This document shows positions 20,575 to 31,400 of a stretch of 64,000 bases of DNA, piece after piece. The translations under genes were made by a program, and so were the position numbers. Position 1 is the first letter of the stretch. Every line of letters starts with the position of its first letter. The stretch is from positions 1 to 64,000 of the forward strand of contig JBDRCC010000006.1 of the NCBI GenBank assembly GCA_043822065.1, given 5' to 3'. Origin of the DNA: an archaeon. GTDB lineage: Archaea > Undinarchaeota > CAZHTU01 > JBDRCC01. Under the pieces are notes generated by a model. The model was given only the letters and a program-made list of their open reading frames with translations. It was not told the DNA's origin and ran no database searches.

Positions 20575-21825
20575 ATGGATGCGCTAATACTTGCCGCAGG
20601 CAAAGGGGAGCGGATGTGGCCCCTGACTGACACCCGCCCGAAAGTCCTGCTTCCTGCAGCCGGAAAGACATTTCTTGAGTGGAATATTCTCGCCCTGAAA
20701 GAGGCAGGAATCCGCTCCGCAGTCATAATCGTCTCTGACGACCGGATAGAAAAGGCGCTTGGAAAATCCTGTTATGGCGTACGGCTGCAGTATGTCCTGC
20801 AGTCCCCGCCTGCGGGCACAGGGGACGCCGTGCTCAAGGCAGAGGGCAAGGTCAAGCCGCCGTTCCTCTGCATAAACGGGGACAGCCTCGTAAACGGCAA
20901 GGAGGTCTCAAGGATAATCGCCAGGCACAAGGCGTCAGGCAAGAACGTCCTCGGAGTCATGAAAGTGGACGACATATCCCAATTTGGGGAGATACTCTTC
21001 TCCGACACAGGATTGGTCAGCGAAATCCGCGAAAAGCCGCCCGCTCCAACGAGCTCTTTTGCGTCATGCGGCATATATGCCTTCACAAAGGAGGTATTCT
21101 CCGCGCTAAAGAGGATAAAAAAATCCCCCCGTGGCGAATACGAGCTCACCGACGCGCTTCAGCTGCTGGCTGACGAAAAAAAGCTATACTCCGTCAAGGT
21201 AGCCTTCTGGAAGCACCTGTCATACCCCTGGGACCTTCTTGAAATCAACGAGCAGATATTATCCTCACTCAAGACAAAGGTCAACGGGACCGTCGAGAAG
21301 GGGGCGACTTTGAAGGGCGCGGTCTACGTGGGCAAAGGCGCACTTGTGAAATCCGGGGCGTACATCGAGGGTCCAGCCTACATAGGCGAAAATGCGACAG
21401 TGGGGCCCAACTGCTTCATCCGCAAATCAACTTCGCTCGGCAGCGGCGTCCGCATCGGAAACGCAGTTGAGATAAAAAATTCCATAATCATGGACAACAC
21501 CTATATCTCCCACCTTACATACGTCGGCGACTCAGTCATAGGCTCCAACTGCAATCTCGGCGCCGGGACAGTCTGCGCAAACCTCCGCCTCGACAACGGC
21601 ACCTGTAAGGCCCCAGTAAAGGGCAAGCTCATCGACAGCAGGCGCAGAAAGCTCGGGCTAATAATGGGGGACAACTCCCAGACCGGCATACACTCCGTTA
21701 TAAACCCTGGAAAATTCATCGGGTCAAACTCAATAGTGGCTCCCGGCGTCCAAGTGACCAAAAACATCCCGTCCAATTCCTTTGTTTCAGTGACGCAGAA
21801 TTTGGAGGTGAAAGAATGCTCATAG
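20575..21825 (+). CDS. glmU: Bifunctional sugar-1-phosphate nucleotidyltransferase/acetyltransferase (archaeal GlmU-type)
   Basis: LILAAGKGERMWPLTDTRPK, SPRGEYELTD, hexapeptide repeats, HLTYVGDSVIG. Confidence 0.9.
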   Translation: MDALILAAGKGERMWPLTDTRPKVLLPAAGKTFLEWNILALKEAGIRSAVIIVSDDRIEKALGKSCYGVRLQYVLQSPPAGTGDAVLKAEGKVKPPFLCINGDSLVNGKEVSRIIARHKASGKNVLGVMKVDDISQFGEILFSDTGLVSEIREKPPAPTSSFASCGIYAFTKEVFSALKRIKKSPRGEYELTDALQLLADEKKLYSVKVAFWKHLSYPWDLLEINEQILSSLKTKVNGTVEKGATLKGAVYVGKGALVKSGAYIEGPAYIGENATVGPNCFIRKSTSLGSGVRIGNAVEIKNSIIMDNTYISHLTYVGDSVIGSNCNLGAGTVCANLRLDNGTCKAPVKGKLIDSRRRKLGLIMGDNSQTGIHSVINPGKFIGSNSIVAPGVQVTKNIPSNSFVSVTQNLEVKECS

Positions 21826-22400
21826 CAATAGAGGGCATTGACGGCTCCGGCAAGGGGACTCAGTGCGAACTTCTGAAAAAATGGCTGAAGAAAGAGGGTT
21901 ACGATGTTGTTGTGACTGCTGAGCCGACGCGGGGATATGTCGGGCAGCTAATCCGGAAGATATTGCGGAACGACCTCGACGTTGACCCAAAATCCCTGGC
22001 TCTGCTGTTCACAGCAGACAGGTTTGAGCACCAGGTAAAGGTGCTTGAGAAGCTTAAGGACCAGATAGTGATAACCGACAGGTATTCCCTGAGCACGTAT
22101 GCATACCAGGCAGCGCAGGGCGTGCCAGTCAGCTACCTGGAGAAGATACATGCCGGCATAATGAAGCCAGACCTCCAGATACTCCTGGACGTCAAGCCGG
22201 AGAATGCCGTAAAGCGCCTAAGGACAAACCACAAGTTTGAGAAGCCGGACTTCCTGAAGCGCGTCCGGAGGAAATACCTTGAGCTTGCTGACGAGGACAC
22301 ATATGTCGTCTCCAGCGAGAAGAAGGTGCAGGACACATTCAAGGACATACAGAAAATAGTGAGGAACTACCTTAAACGCAGGTATCAATCTAAAAAATGA
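21816..22400 (+). CDS. tmk: Thymidylate kinase
   Basis: IEGIDGSGKGTQ P-loop, EP motif, DRY, PDL, FE. Confidence 0.95.
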   Translation: MLIAIEGIDGSGKGTQCELLKKWLKKEGYDVVVTAEPTRGYVGQLIRKILRNDLDVDPKSLALLFTADRFEHQVKVLEKLKDQIVITDRYSLSTYAYQAAQGVPVSYLEKIHAGIMKPDLQILLDVKPENAVKRLRTNHKFEKPDFLKRVRRKYLELADEDTYVVSSEKKVQDTFKDIQKIVRNYLKRRYQSKK

Positions 22401-22927
22401 GCGAAAAAGCCGCCAGCGCCCTCCTTAGCACGGACAGGGCCATAGTCTTTGACGAGAAGGATGCGAGCAGGATTTGGAACAAGGGCCACTTTGGCGAGTA
22501 CCACGGCGGAAACCTTGAGCTTTCCATGCTCGAGGCGCTTTTCCTCATGGAGCAGGGGCGGCTTGCGCTCACTGACGGTGCAGGGAAGGAAATAAGCTAC
22601 AAGCAGCTTTACACGGACTGCACAAAAAAGTACGAAAACTTTGTTTCAACCTTCGACGCCTACAAGGACCTGCGCGCGCGGGGCTACATCGTCAAGACAG
22701 GCTTCAAGTTTGGCGCGCACTTCAGGCTTTACCCGAAGGGCACAAACCCTGGCGAGGGGCACAGCGACTTTCTTGTCAACGTCCTTTCGGAGGAGTACCC
22801 ATTCTCCCTGCAGGATTTGTCCAGGTCGGTCCGCCTTTCCCACAGCGTGAAAAAGAAGATATGGTACGCCGTTGTTGATTCAGAGGGTGACCTGACCTAC
22901 TATGAAATCGTCAGGGTCAAGCCTTAG
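22397..22927 (+). CDS. endA: tRNA-intron endonuclease (single-unit catalytic subunit)
   Basis: LSMLEALFL, YKDLRARGYIVKTGFKFGAHFRLY, GHS, RLSHSVKK, VDSEGDLTYY; the catalytic Y/H/K residues are present. Confidence 0.95.
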   Translation: MSEKAASALLSTDRAIVFDEKDASRIWNKGHFGEYHGGNLELSMLEALFLMEQGRLALTDGAGKEISYKQLYTDCTKKYENFVSTFDAYKDLRARGYIVKTGFKFGAHFRLYPKGTNPGEGHSDFLVNVLSEEYPFSLQDLSRSVRLSHSVKKKIWYAVVDSEGDLTYYEIVRVKP

Positions 22928-22932
22928 CCGCC

Positions 22933-23361
22933 TTAATACGCCTTGAAGTCCTTCACTACCCCGCTCGCCTGTTTTAGGTTGTCAACCGAGAACGCTATCT
23001 GCCCCCTGTTGTTCTCCTTGTTTTTCCCAAGCAGGTAGACTGACTCGACGTTAACCCCCGCCTCGGCAAGCTTTCCCGCGACCTTGGCGAGCTCCCCCGG
23101 CCTGTCTATGAGCTCAAGCACCATTATGTCGCTCTCGGTAAAATTTATGTTGTTTTTCTGGAGCGCGTTTCTCGTGGTCGAAAGGTCGTCAGTGACAACC
23201 TTGATTAAGCCGTTCTTCGGCTTCCCCTCCGCAGGGAGCTCGAAGGCGCAAACCGCTTCGGTGGCAATCGCCTTTATGTTCACCGCGCTTTTGGCGAGGC
23301 ATCCGGTTACCTCCGCCAATGAACCAATCTTGTTTTTAACTATAATATTGAATTGCTTCAT
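22933..23361 (-). CDS. Tandem ACT-domain protein
   Basis: NKIGSLAEV...VNI and DRPGELAKV...GVNVESVY ACT motifs. Confidence 0.9.
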   Translation of the reverse strand: MKQFNIIVKNKIGSLAEVTGCLAKSAVNIKAIATEAVCAFELPAEGKPKNGLIKVVTDDLSTTRNALQKNNINFTESDIMVLELIDRPGELAKVAGKLAEAGVNVESVYLLGKNKENNRGQIAFSVDNLKQASGVVKDFKAY

Positions 23362-23400
23362 ACCCAGTATTACGCGCTTGAGGCTTATATACCTTGGGCG

Positions 23401-24189
23401 TTATGGGAGGTGCATCAGCCAGTAGGCCACCTTTATCCCAAAAGCAGCCCCCATAATGGCAATCTGCCGGCCAAGCCGGTATTCCCTCAGCTTTCCGCTT
23501 AGCAGGAGGGCAAGCCACACCAAGAAGAGGTAGGGCGGCACTATCGACAGCAGGTGGACGCTCTTGTGCGTCCAGGCGCCGAGCGCTATCCCCGCAATCT
23601 CGTCAAAGCCGGTTATGAAACCCGTGATGTAGACCAGGAACCTGTCCCGCAGGTCTAACTCGTTGAAAGCCAGCATTATGGCCATGAGAAATAATAGGTT
23701 CATGCCGTACTCAAGGCTGAACCCTGAATAAAACACGTCAAACATGAACAGCATCAAAATCGTCCCAAACGCCAGCAGGCGGAAATTTATCTGCTGCAGG
23801 GTCTTTTCCTTTAGGTGCGCCCAGAAGTTCTCGGCTGCCCAGTATATTATCCCATACCCTGGCAAGAGGAATATCGGGACGCTAAAATAGTCGACAAAAG
23901 TGTACTCGAAGAGGCCTAGCCACACCCCCACTATCTCGTGCGTGAAGCCAACCACGGACGCCATCACCAGGAATATTCTTCCAAGGCGGTCTGAGTTCCT
24001 CCAAAATATGACCCATAACACAACCAGCATCGAAAACATGACTTCCTCATAGCCGTTGACATACAGCCCGAGGGAAAGCATTATCATGAGGACGGAGAAG
24101 ACCATGAAATGCCAGGGCTCCTCGAAGAACTTGCGCTCCCTGGGGGCTGGCTGCCCGAGCAGCTCCCAGATATGCTTCTCACGTATCAT
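23401..24189 (-). CDS. Multi-pass membrane protein with a duplicated E-x2-G...W/F-x-Y/H motif
   Basis: About 8 TM segments; GFTHEIVGVWLGLFEY...VP and GFDEIAGIALGAWTH. Confidence 0.7.
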   Translation of the reverse strand: MIREKHIWELLGQPAPRERKFFEEPWHFMVFSVLMIMLSLGLYVNGYEEVMFSMLVVLWVIFWRNSDRLGRIFLVMASVVGFTHEIVGVWLGLFEYTFVDYFSVPIFLLPGYGIIYWAAENFWAHLKEKTLQQINFRLLAFGTILMLFMFDVFYSGFSLEYGMNLLFLMAIMLAFNELDLRDRFLVYITGFITGFDEIAGIALGAWTHKSVHLLSIVPPYLFLVWLALLLSGKLREYRLGRQIAIMGAAFGIKVAYWLMHLP

Positions 24190-24260
24190 GCATAGCCAAA
24201 TCCAGCCAATTGTTAAATAATTTGCGAACTTATTTATCCTTTAGAGGAGTAGTCCCCTGT

Positions 24261-25019
24261 ATGCCGGCAGACAAATTCAAAGAAAGCGCAAAAACTCTCC
24301 TTTCCCTCCTAGAAAAGAGCGCCGCTTCCTGTTCGGAAGGGCTCACGCGGGCGTCGCTTGCCTTTTCCGGCGGACTCGATTCCGCAATCTTTGCGGGCAT
24401 ACTCCGCAAGCGGATTGGGCTTGAGCTTGTTGCAACCGGGGTAGCCGGCTCCTATGACCTCTCAAATGCGGCATCAGCCGCCTCGCAGCTTGGCATGCCC
24501 CTCAAACAGATAGTTCTGACAAAGGAGCAGATATGGGCTGCTGCGGATGCGGTTTCCAGGATTATAACGCCCGCGAATCGGCTGAACGTCGAAATTGCTG
24601 TCCCCTTCTACATACTGTCCAAACAGATAACTACCCGGCACCTCTTTGCAGGACAGGGCGCGGATGAGCTCTTTGGAGGGTACTCGCGCTACACGCGCTC
24701 CAAAAACGCTCTTAGGGACATGGACGCTGACACTTCCGCGCTCCCCTTGGTTATAAACCGCAGGGAAGCCCGCGTCTGCAATAAATTCGGGGTCGAACTG
24801 CTCCTTCCATACTTGGGCAAGGAGCTGGCACTTTATGCCCTGAGCCTGCCTGTCGAGTACAGAATCTCAGGCGAAAACCGGAAAGCAGTCCTTAGGGAAG
24901 CCGGCCGGCTTTTGGGTCTGCCGCCTGCCATTACAAACCAAAAGAAGAAGGCAATGCAGTACGGCTCTGGAATCTCCAAGGCGCTGCGGGGCTACTGGAC
25001 TGCTAATTCTGCATTATGA
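24261..25019 (+). CDS. Asparagine synthase C-terminal (adenylation) domain protein, no glutaminase domain
   Basis: AFSGGLDS PP-loop, GQGADELFGGY, RKAVLRE, KKAMQYGSG; ATG 24261 is preferred over the TTG start. Confidence 0.85.
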   Translation: MPADKFKESAKTLLSLLEKSAASCSEGLTRASLAFSGGLDSAIFAGILRKRIGLELVATGVAGSYDLSNAASAASQLGMPLKQIVLTKEQIWAAADAVSRIITPANRLNVEIAVPFYILSKQITTRHLFAGQGADELFGGYSRYTRSKNALRDMDADTSALPLVINRREARVCNKFGVELLLPYLGKELALYALSLPVEYRISGENRKAVLREAGRLLGLPPAITNQKKKAMQYGSGISKALRGYWTANSAL

Positions 25020-25317
25020 ATTTGCAGTCCGGCGTTACTTCTACAAAATGGTGTGCGTCGCCAAGCCTGTACTGGGGGCACTGGTTGTCTGGGTTGTCGT
25101 CCACTTCCACCCTCGGGCTGTGCGCCACGTCGCACACCCAGTCCTCACCAATTTGCCCGAGGCAGGGTCCAGTCGAAAGGTCTGAACCTGCGTCCCGCCT
25201 GGCGATGCATGCCTGGAGGCACAGCTCCTTTTCGGTAAGCGGCTTTTCATGCCGGGAAATGCAGCCGAGCGAAATCAAAACAAGGCATAAAAGGCAAATC
25301 CATAGCGCTCGCTTCAT
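25003..25317 (-). CDS. Small Cys-rich secreted protein or lipoprotein
   Basis: Lipobox-like LISLGC; further cysteines in GPCL and WVCDVAHSPR...NQC. Confidence 0.7.
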   Translation of the reverse strand: MKRALWICLLCLVLISLGCISRHEKPLTEKELCLQACIARRDAGSDLSTGPCLGQIGEDWVCDVAHSPRVEVDDNPDNQCPQYRLGDAHHFVEVTPDCKFIMQN

Positions 25318-25415
25318 GCTGATAGAAATCTCCTCAACTCTTATATAATTTGCTAAACCGCATCCTGAACTCCTTAGGAAACCTTAAAAAAGCCACCCGT
25401 ACTAATCCATCGACT

Positions 25416-26660
25416 ATGCCAGAAATAGACCCATTCGAGGTTGCACTGAAACAGATAGATGCCGTTAAACCCTATCTAAAAGTACCAGACGACATTTTTG
25501 AGGTTATGAGGCATCCAAAACAGGTGCTTGAGGTCTCTGTGCCGGTTAAGATGGACGATGGCTCTATCAAGACCTTCCAGGGATACAGGTGCCAGTATAA
25601 CACTGCCCGGGGCCCGGCAAAGGGCGGTATACGGTACCACCCCGATGTGTCAAGGTCCGAAGTTATGGCCCTTGCCTGCTGGATGACCTGGAAGTGCTCC
25701 GTAGTCGGAATACCCTACGGCGGCGGAAAGGGCGGAATAATCTGCAACCCGCCTAAGATGTCCCAGACCGAGCTCGAGAAGCTCAGCAGGGGATACATCC
25801 GCGCAATTTATGATACTATTGGCGAAACCAAGGACGTGCCAGCCCCCGATGTATTCACCACACCCCAGATAATGGCGTGGATGATGGACGAATACTCAAT
25901 AATCGCAAGGCGCCAGGTGCCGGGCGTAATCACCGGCAAGCCACTCAGCCTCGGCGGCTCGGCAGGACGGACGGAAGCAACAGCGATGGGCGGGCTCTAC
26001 GTGACAAACATGACTATGAAGCACCTTGGCCTCAAGGCAAAGGGCGCGGACGTAGTCATACAGGGCTTTGGCAACGTCGGAAGCAACATGGCAGTCCTTA
26101 TGCACAACGCAGGCTACAATGTAACTGCAATCAGCGACGTCTTCGGAGGAATTGAAGACCCGAAGGGCATTAATGTGCCCCAGCTGATGGACCACTTCAA
26201 AAAGACAGGGACTGTCACGAAGTTCAAGGGCGCAAAAACAATCGACAACAAGGAAATCCTTGAGCGGAAGTGCGACATCCTCATCCCCGCAGCGATAGAG
26301 GGCGTCATAACCAAGAAAAACGTGGACAACCTCAAGGCGAAGGTCGTTGTCGAGCTTGCAAACGGCCCGACGACTCCGGACGCCGACAAGGTGCTCTTCG
26401 ACAAGGGCGTAACCCTCGTCCCGGACATCCTGGCAAACGCCGGCGGAGTCACGGTCTCGTACTTCGAGTGGGTGCAGAACCTCCAGAACTACTACTGGAC
26501 CGTCGACGAAGTCAACACCAGGCTTGAGCGGATAATGACTGACGCTTTCAACGCGACAATCTACCGGAAGAAGAAGCATGAGGTTGACATGCGCCAGGCG
26601 GCATACGTCGTCGCCATGGGCCGGGTAGCAGAAGCTATCCAACTAAGGGGACTTTATTAA
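25416..26660 (+). CDS. gdhA: Glutamate dehydrogenase (Glu/Leu/Phe/Val dehydrogenase family)
   Basis: GPAKGGIRYHP, GGGKGG, DVPAPD, QGFGNVG, ANGP, NAGGVTVSYFEW; start moved to ATG 25416. Confidence 0.95.
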   Translation: MPEIDPFEVALKQIDAVKPYLKVPDDIFEVMRHPKQVLEVSVPVKMDDGSIKTFQGYRCQYNTARGPAKGGIRYHPDVSRSEVMALACWMTWKCSVVGIPYGGGKGGIICNPPKMSQTELEKLSRGYIRAIYDTIGETKDVPAPDVFTTPQIMAWMMDEYSIIARRQVPGVITGKPLSLGGSAGRTEATAMGGLYVTNMTMKHLGLKAKGADVVIQGFGNVGSNMAVLMHNAGYNVTAISDVFGGIEDPKGINVPQLMDHFKKTGTVTKFKGAKTIDNKEILERKCDILIPAAIEGVITKKNVDNLKAKVVVELANGPTTPDADKVLFDKGVTLVPDILANAGGVTVSYFEWVQNLQNYYWTVDEVNTRLERIMTDAFNATIYRKKKHEVDMRQAAYVVAMGRVAEAIQLRGLY

Positions 26661-26665
26661 TCAGG

Positions 26666-26684
26666 GAAGGGGCTCTGCCCCTTC
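26666..26684. terminator. Hairpin between the convergent gdhA and 597-aa genes
   Basis: GAAGGGGC-TCT-GCCCCTTC, a perfect 8-bp stem followed by T-rich sequence on the + strand. Confidence 0.55.
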
Positions 26685-26687
26685 TTT

Positions 26688-28481
26688 CTAATTTTTCAGC
26701 TGTTTCTGCGCAGGCAGGAACCCTTTTTTCTTGACACTTATAAGTGATTTTTTCCCAATTCCGCCGATTCCTATTCTTCCATTCCTGTCGGTCTGCCCTA
26801 CCGGCACATTATCGACCGCAACCAAGGCATCACTGACTGGTTTCTTTGAAAGCCCGGAGACCGCAAGCCTCAGCCTGCCCTGAGCTGCATCATGCTCGGC
26901 GATGTCCACGACAAGGCTCCTCGAAGCAATAAAGTATATGCTCCCCCCAAGGAGCAGGAGCATTAAGAGGAGCAGCCCGGCATTGCCAAAGCCCATTCCC
27001 CCAAGTGTCACTAAACCGGTCGGGCCTGCAGGCGCGGCTATGTCTATTTCCACTTGGTAGCTTATGTACCCTGCCTTGCCTGCCCATATCATGTCTCCGT
27101 CGTGTATGTCCGGGATGAGCATCTTACCGTCAGCGCCGGTTTTGCCCACGCTGGCGCCGTTCTTTCTGACCTCTGCTGCGTCTACGGGGCTTCCAGCCTC
27201 GTCAACGACCATTATCTCGATTATTCCGCCGTCCTCAATCTCTTCGGTAAGGACGTTTATCTTGAGCTGGGCCTTTTCACCGGTTGCCGGAGCAGTTGTG
27301 GCTTCTCCGCCGGTACCCGTCCTAACTACGCAGACATTCTCGTAGCAGACCTGCCCGCTTAAGCACTCGTCGTCGCTGTAGCACTCAAGTATGCTCGAGC
27401 TTCCTGACCACGAGCTTCCGCCTCCGCCGCCTGGGCTTCCGCCGTCGTCTCCGCCGTCGTCTCCGCCAGAGCTCCTGACGGTTAGCGTCCTCGCTGCAAA
27501 GTTGTCCGAGAGGTCGGTCTCCCCTGCGACGAAGTCAACAGTGGAGTTTAATGGGAAAGTACCTTCGGACCCAAAGTAGACACTTACCTGATAAGTTTGC
27601 GAGCTCCCAGGGGCAAGGTCTACGCTCTGGTTCCCAAGGTACCCCCCATTAACATTAAAGTGGATGTATGTGACTGCCTGGACCTGGCCCTGGTTCTCAA
27701 CGGTCGCCGTTATTGTCGCGTTGGTCCCTGGCGGCACCGGGTCCGGCGTGTATGCCAGGGCGGTTATTGCCACATCCCTGACCAGCGGAGGCATAAGCAG
27801 CTCCTTCGTTATCTCCGCAAATACGTAATCCCCCTCTGCGTCGGACGCCACTACCCTGTAGGTGTGGAATCCTGGCGTCAGGCTTGTTATCGTGAAAGTC
27901 GGGTGGACGCTGTTGGCGCTGTAGAGCTGCGGGTAGATTCGCTCCAATCCCCCAGTCACCACAGTCTGCCCGTCGACCTGGAGGGTCGCATTTACGTTGT
28001 TCGCAGTCCCGCTTCCGACGTTTGTGACGTGCGCCGCAAGAGTGAATGTCTGGTTTGCGTAAATTGTGCCCGGGTCGGTTATGTTTACCTCAAGTTCCGG
28101 CGCGGTAGGAGCATTAACTACGACCTCAGTCCTTGCCTGGCAGGCTCCGCCGTCATGGGTCACATTCACAGTCATATTGTAAACCCCTGGCTGGACCGCA
28201 GTCACTGACCAGACCGAATTGTTCTGGTAGTACCAGTCCGCCTGAAGGAGGTTTCCGAGCCCCACTGGGTTGGTGTCTGCCGTAACAAATGCAACAGGAA
28301 GGTCAAGCATAGCCTGGACGTTGTTAATATCGCCGCCGAAAGTCCAGATTACGAGCGAGACTTGGTTCATGTCTCCAAGGTCTACCGGCGAATAATAGCT
28401 GATTTCTATGTCCTCCGGGTTGCAGGCGTATGCAAACCCTGCAGCGAGCACCAGTGCCAGCATCAGGTAGTTGAGCTTCAT
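26688..28481 (-). CDS. Surface protein with CARDB/Ig-like domains, Gly-rich linker, small Cys knot and TM helix
   Basis: Signal peptide; VTNVG, VENQG and ETDLSDN (CARDB); GGGGGSS linker; CYSDDECLSGQVC; TM near the C-terminus. Confidence 0.8.
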   Translation of the reverse strand: MKLNYLMLALVLAAGFAYACNPEDIEISYYSPVDLGDMNQVSLVIWTFGGDINNVQAMLDLPVAFVTADTNPVGLGNLLQADWYYQNNSVWSVTAVQPGVYNMTVNVTHDGGACQARTEVVVNAPTAPELEVNITDPGTIYANQTFTLAAHVTNVGSGTANNVNATLQVDGQTVVTGGLERIYPQLYSANSVHPTFTITSLTPGFHTYRVVASDAEGDYVFAEITKELLMPPLVRDVAITALAYTPDPVPPGTNATITATVENQGQVQAVTYIHFNVNGGYLGNQSVDLAPGSSQTYQVSVYFGSEGTFPLNSTVDFVAGETDLSDNFAARTLTVRSSGGDDGGDDGGSPGGGGGSSWSGSSSILECYSDDECLSGQVCYENVCVVRTGTGGEATTAPATGEKAQLKINVLTEEIEDGGIIEIMVVDEAGSPVDAAEVRKNGASVGKTGADGKMLIPDIHDGDMIWAGKAGYISYQVEIDIAAPAGPTGLVTLGGMGFGNAGLLLLMLLLLGGSIYFIASRSLVVDIAEHDAAQGRLRLAVSGLSKKPVSDALVAVDNVPVGQTDRNGRIGIGGIGKKSLISVKKKGFLPAQKQLKN

Positions 28482-31400
28482 GATACCGTCACCTGCCCGA
28501 CATCAGTTACTTCCTGGTATATCGTGCCCCTGACGTTGAAAACGCCAGTCTGGCTGGTGGAGTTGACGTACCACACCAGGCTCGTGGACTTGTTCACGTC
28601 TATGAATGGTATTATTCTCCAGTCAACGTCGTTGTTGCCGAATACGAGCCCGTTGTCGAGAGTTAGGTTGACCGGGATGTTGTACTGCGCCTTCTTCGCA
28701 GTGTTCCAGACGTTTACCACCGAGACAAACGCCGAGTTCTGCGGCCTCTGCGACGGGACAAGGACGTCTATCGCCAGGACCTCGTCATACGAGTAAACCC
28801 TCTTCGAGAAGGGGTACTGGTTGTCGACAGTGTCAGTTTCCCCGCTGACCGGGTCGACGGATACCACAAAGCTGTGGTTGTACTGCGTTGATGCCCAGCT
28901 AAATGGCACATTGGTGGTTGCGCCTACTGCAAGGTTTGGTATCGTGTAGCTGTCCTTCTGTATTCCATCGACAAACAGCCTGACGACGAGGCTGCTCTCA
29001 GCCCTCTCGCCCTCGTTCTTTATGGCTGCTGTGAAGTTCATGACATCCTTTTCGATTACAACGCTTGGGACATACGTGACATTTACGACCCTTACGTCTG
29101 GTATCGGCGTCACTGTTACATTTATCCTGACTACTTTGGAGTCCTCAAGCCCCACAGTGTCCCTGACGCTTATGTTGACCATGTGTATGCCTGCGTCCGC
29201 ATGGACCGGCACGACTGATATTATTCCGCTGTTCTGGTCTATCGTGAAAAGCGGGCTGTTCGAGTAGAACCTGAGCGTGTCAAGCGGCATGTCCGGGTCG
29301 GTCGCGTTCACGTCAAGGTAGAACTGCTGGTACTCCCATGCGTAGTAGTCGCTTGCAAGGGTAGCCAGCACCGGCGGGTCGTTTACATTTATGACCGTTG
29401 CAACCGACATGTCCGAGTCGGTGTAGGTGCCGTCATTTGCAGTGAATGTTATCGTCTCAACGCCGTAGAAGTTAGGTGCCGGCGTCAGGGTCGCCACATG
29501 GGTGAGCGGGTCTATCGCAACAGCTATCTGGGCGTTTCCGCTTGCAGTCCAGGTTATGCTGGGGAGCGGAGTGTCCGCGTCAACGATATAATTGTCAAGG
29601 TCAATGCTGTTGTTGAACGAGTCCTCCATTATCCAGACGTTCGGTATGTCGCCGACATCAGGCCTTCCGGCTGCCGGAGCAACCGTTACCCGCATATAAG
29701 CAGTTATAACTGTCGTGCCGTCAGTCGCGTTGACAGTGACGTACCTGATGCCAGTATTTCCTATGCCAGGCGTCCAGGTCATCTGCCCTGTCGCCGGGTT
29801 GAACGTTATTGTGGTGTCGTTTATCCAGTAGGTTACTGCCTGCCCGTCCGGGTCTGTCGCATGGACTGTGTAGTCAAGGCTTGAGTCCTCGGCAATCGTC
29901 TGGTTTGCCGGGTACGGGTCCCAGTACGGCGCCTCTTCAACGCCGATAACTGTCACGGTTACGGTATCCGAGTCCGTCAGCCCGCCCGCGTCAGCTGCTG
30001 TGAACGTTATCGTCTCGCTTCCGGACCAGTTTGGAGCCGCTGTGAAATTGACCGTCCTGTCTGCCAGTATGGACACCACGACATTCGTGTTTCCAGAATA
30101 GGTCCAGTTTATGTTCGCGTCAGGCGTCATGTCGTCGGTGACATACGCATCGAGACTTATTGTATCATTATAGAGGTCCTCAACGAACCAGACGTCCGGT
30201 ATGTCTGTAACAACCGGCGCGTCGTTTACCTCGGTCACATTTACAAATATCTGGGCCCAGACTGCCTGCCCAGTGCTGTCGGTCGCATTGAACTCAACAT
30301 GCCACATGCCGTTGAACCCTGCCGGCGCAGTCCAGCTCACGCCTCCGAGCGGCCCGACTGTGAACGTGGTGTCATTAACTCCATATGTTATCGCATCGCC
30401 ATATTGAAGGTCTGCGTCCGATGCAAGGAGTAGCATCGAAAGGGTGCCCTCCTCAGCAATCGTTTGGTTCTGAGGGTATACCAACCAGAACGGGGCATCG
30501 TTTATCTGCTTGACATGAATAGTCAGGCTTGTCGTGTTCGCCAGCCCGTCCCCATCCATCGCCGTGAACGTTATAGTCTCATTTCCAGCCCAGTCAGCAT
30601 CTGCGGTCAGGTTCAGCTGCCTGTTCGAGTCAATCGTGGCGTGGACGTTGGTGCCCGTCCCAGTCCAGACTATGTTCGCATCAGGTGTCATGTCGTCTGC
30701 GACATACGCATCCATATTCAGCGTGTCATTGTAAGCGTCCTCGTCGAACCAGACGTCCGGCATCGGGAAAGTCTCCGGCCTGTCGTTTACCGGGGTGACA
30801 TTCACCCAGAAGTAGCCCCAAACAACTTCGCCAGCCGAGTCTGTGGCGTTGACCTCAAAGTACTCCATCCCATTGAAGCCGCCAGCTGGCGTCCAGGCAA
30901 TGTTTCCGCTTGAGTCAATAGTAGCTGTTCCGTTTATAGCGTAAGTTATGGCATCACCATATGGCAGGTCGGCGTCGCCAGCCTCAACCTGGAATGCTGC
31001 GGTCCCGCCCTCAGCTATCGTCTGGTTTGCCGGGTAGGTTACCCAGAACGGGGCGTCATTAACCTGAATCACGCTGACCGTGAGCTGCGTCGTGTTCGCC
31101 AGCCCGTCCCCATCCATCGCCGTGAACGTTATAGTCTCATTTCCAGCCCAGTCAGCATCCGCTGTCAGGTTCAATATGCGAGTAGCAGAATCAATAACTG
31201 CGTGCACATTTGTCCCCGTACCCGTCCACACAATATCTGCATCTGCAGTCATATCATCTGTAACATAATCATCCATCACGAGCGTGTCATTGTAAGTGTC
31301 CTCGTCAAACCAGACGTCCGGCATCGGGAAAGTCTCCGGCGGGTCGTTTACCGGGGTGACGTTCACCCAGAAGTAAGCCCAGGCAACCTCGCCTGCGAGG

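Noticed and set aside
27415-27470. Short ccgccgtcgtct tandem repeat
   Set aside because: It encodes an ordinary GGDDGGDDGG low-complexity linker.
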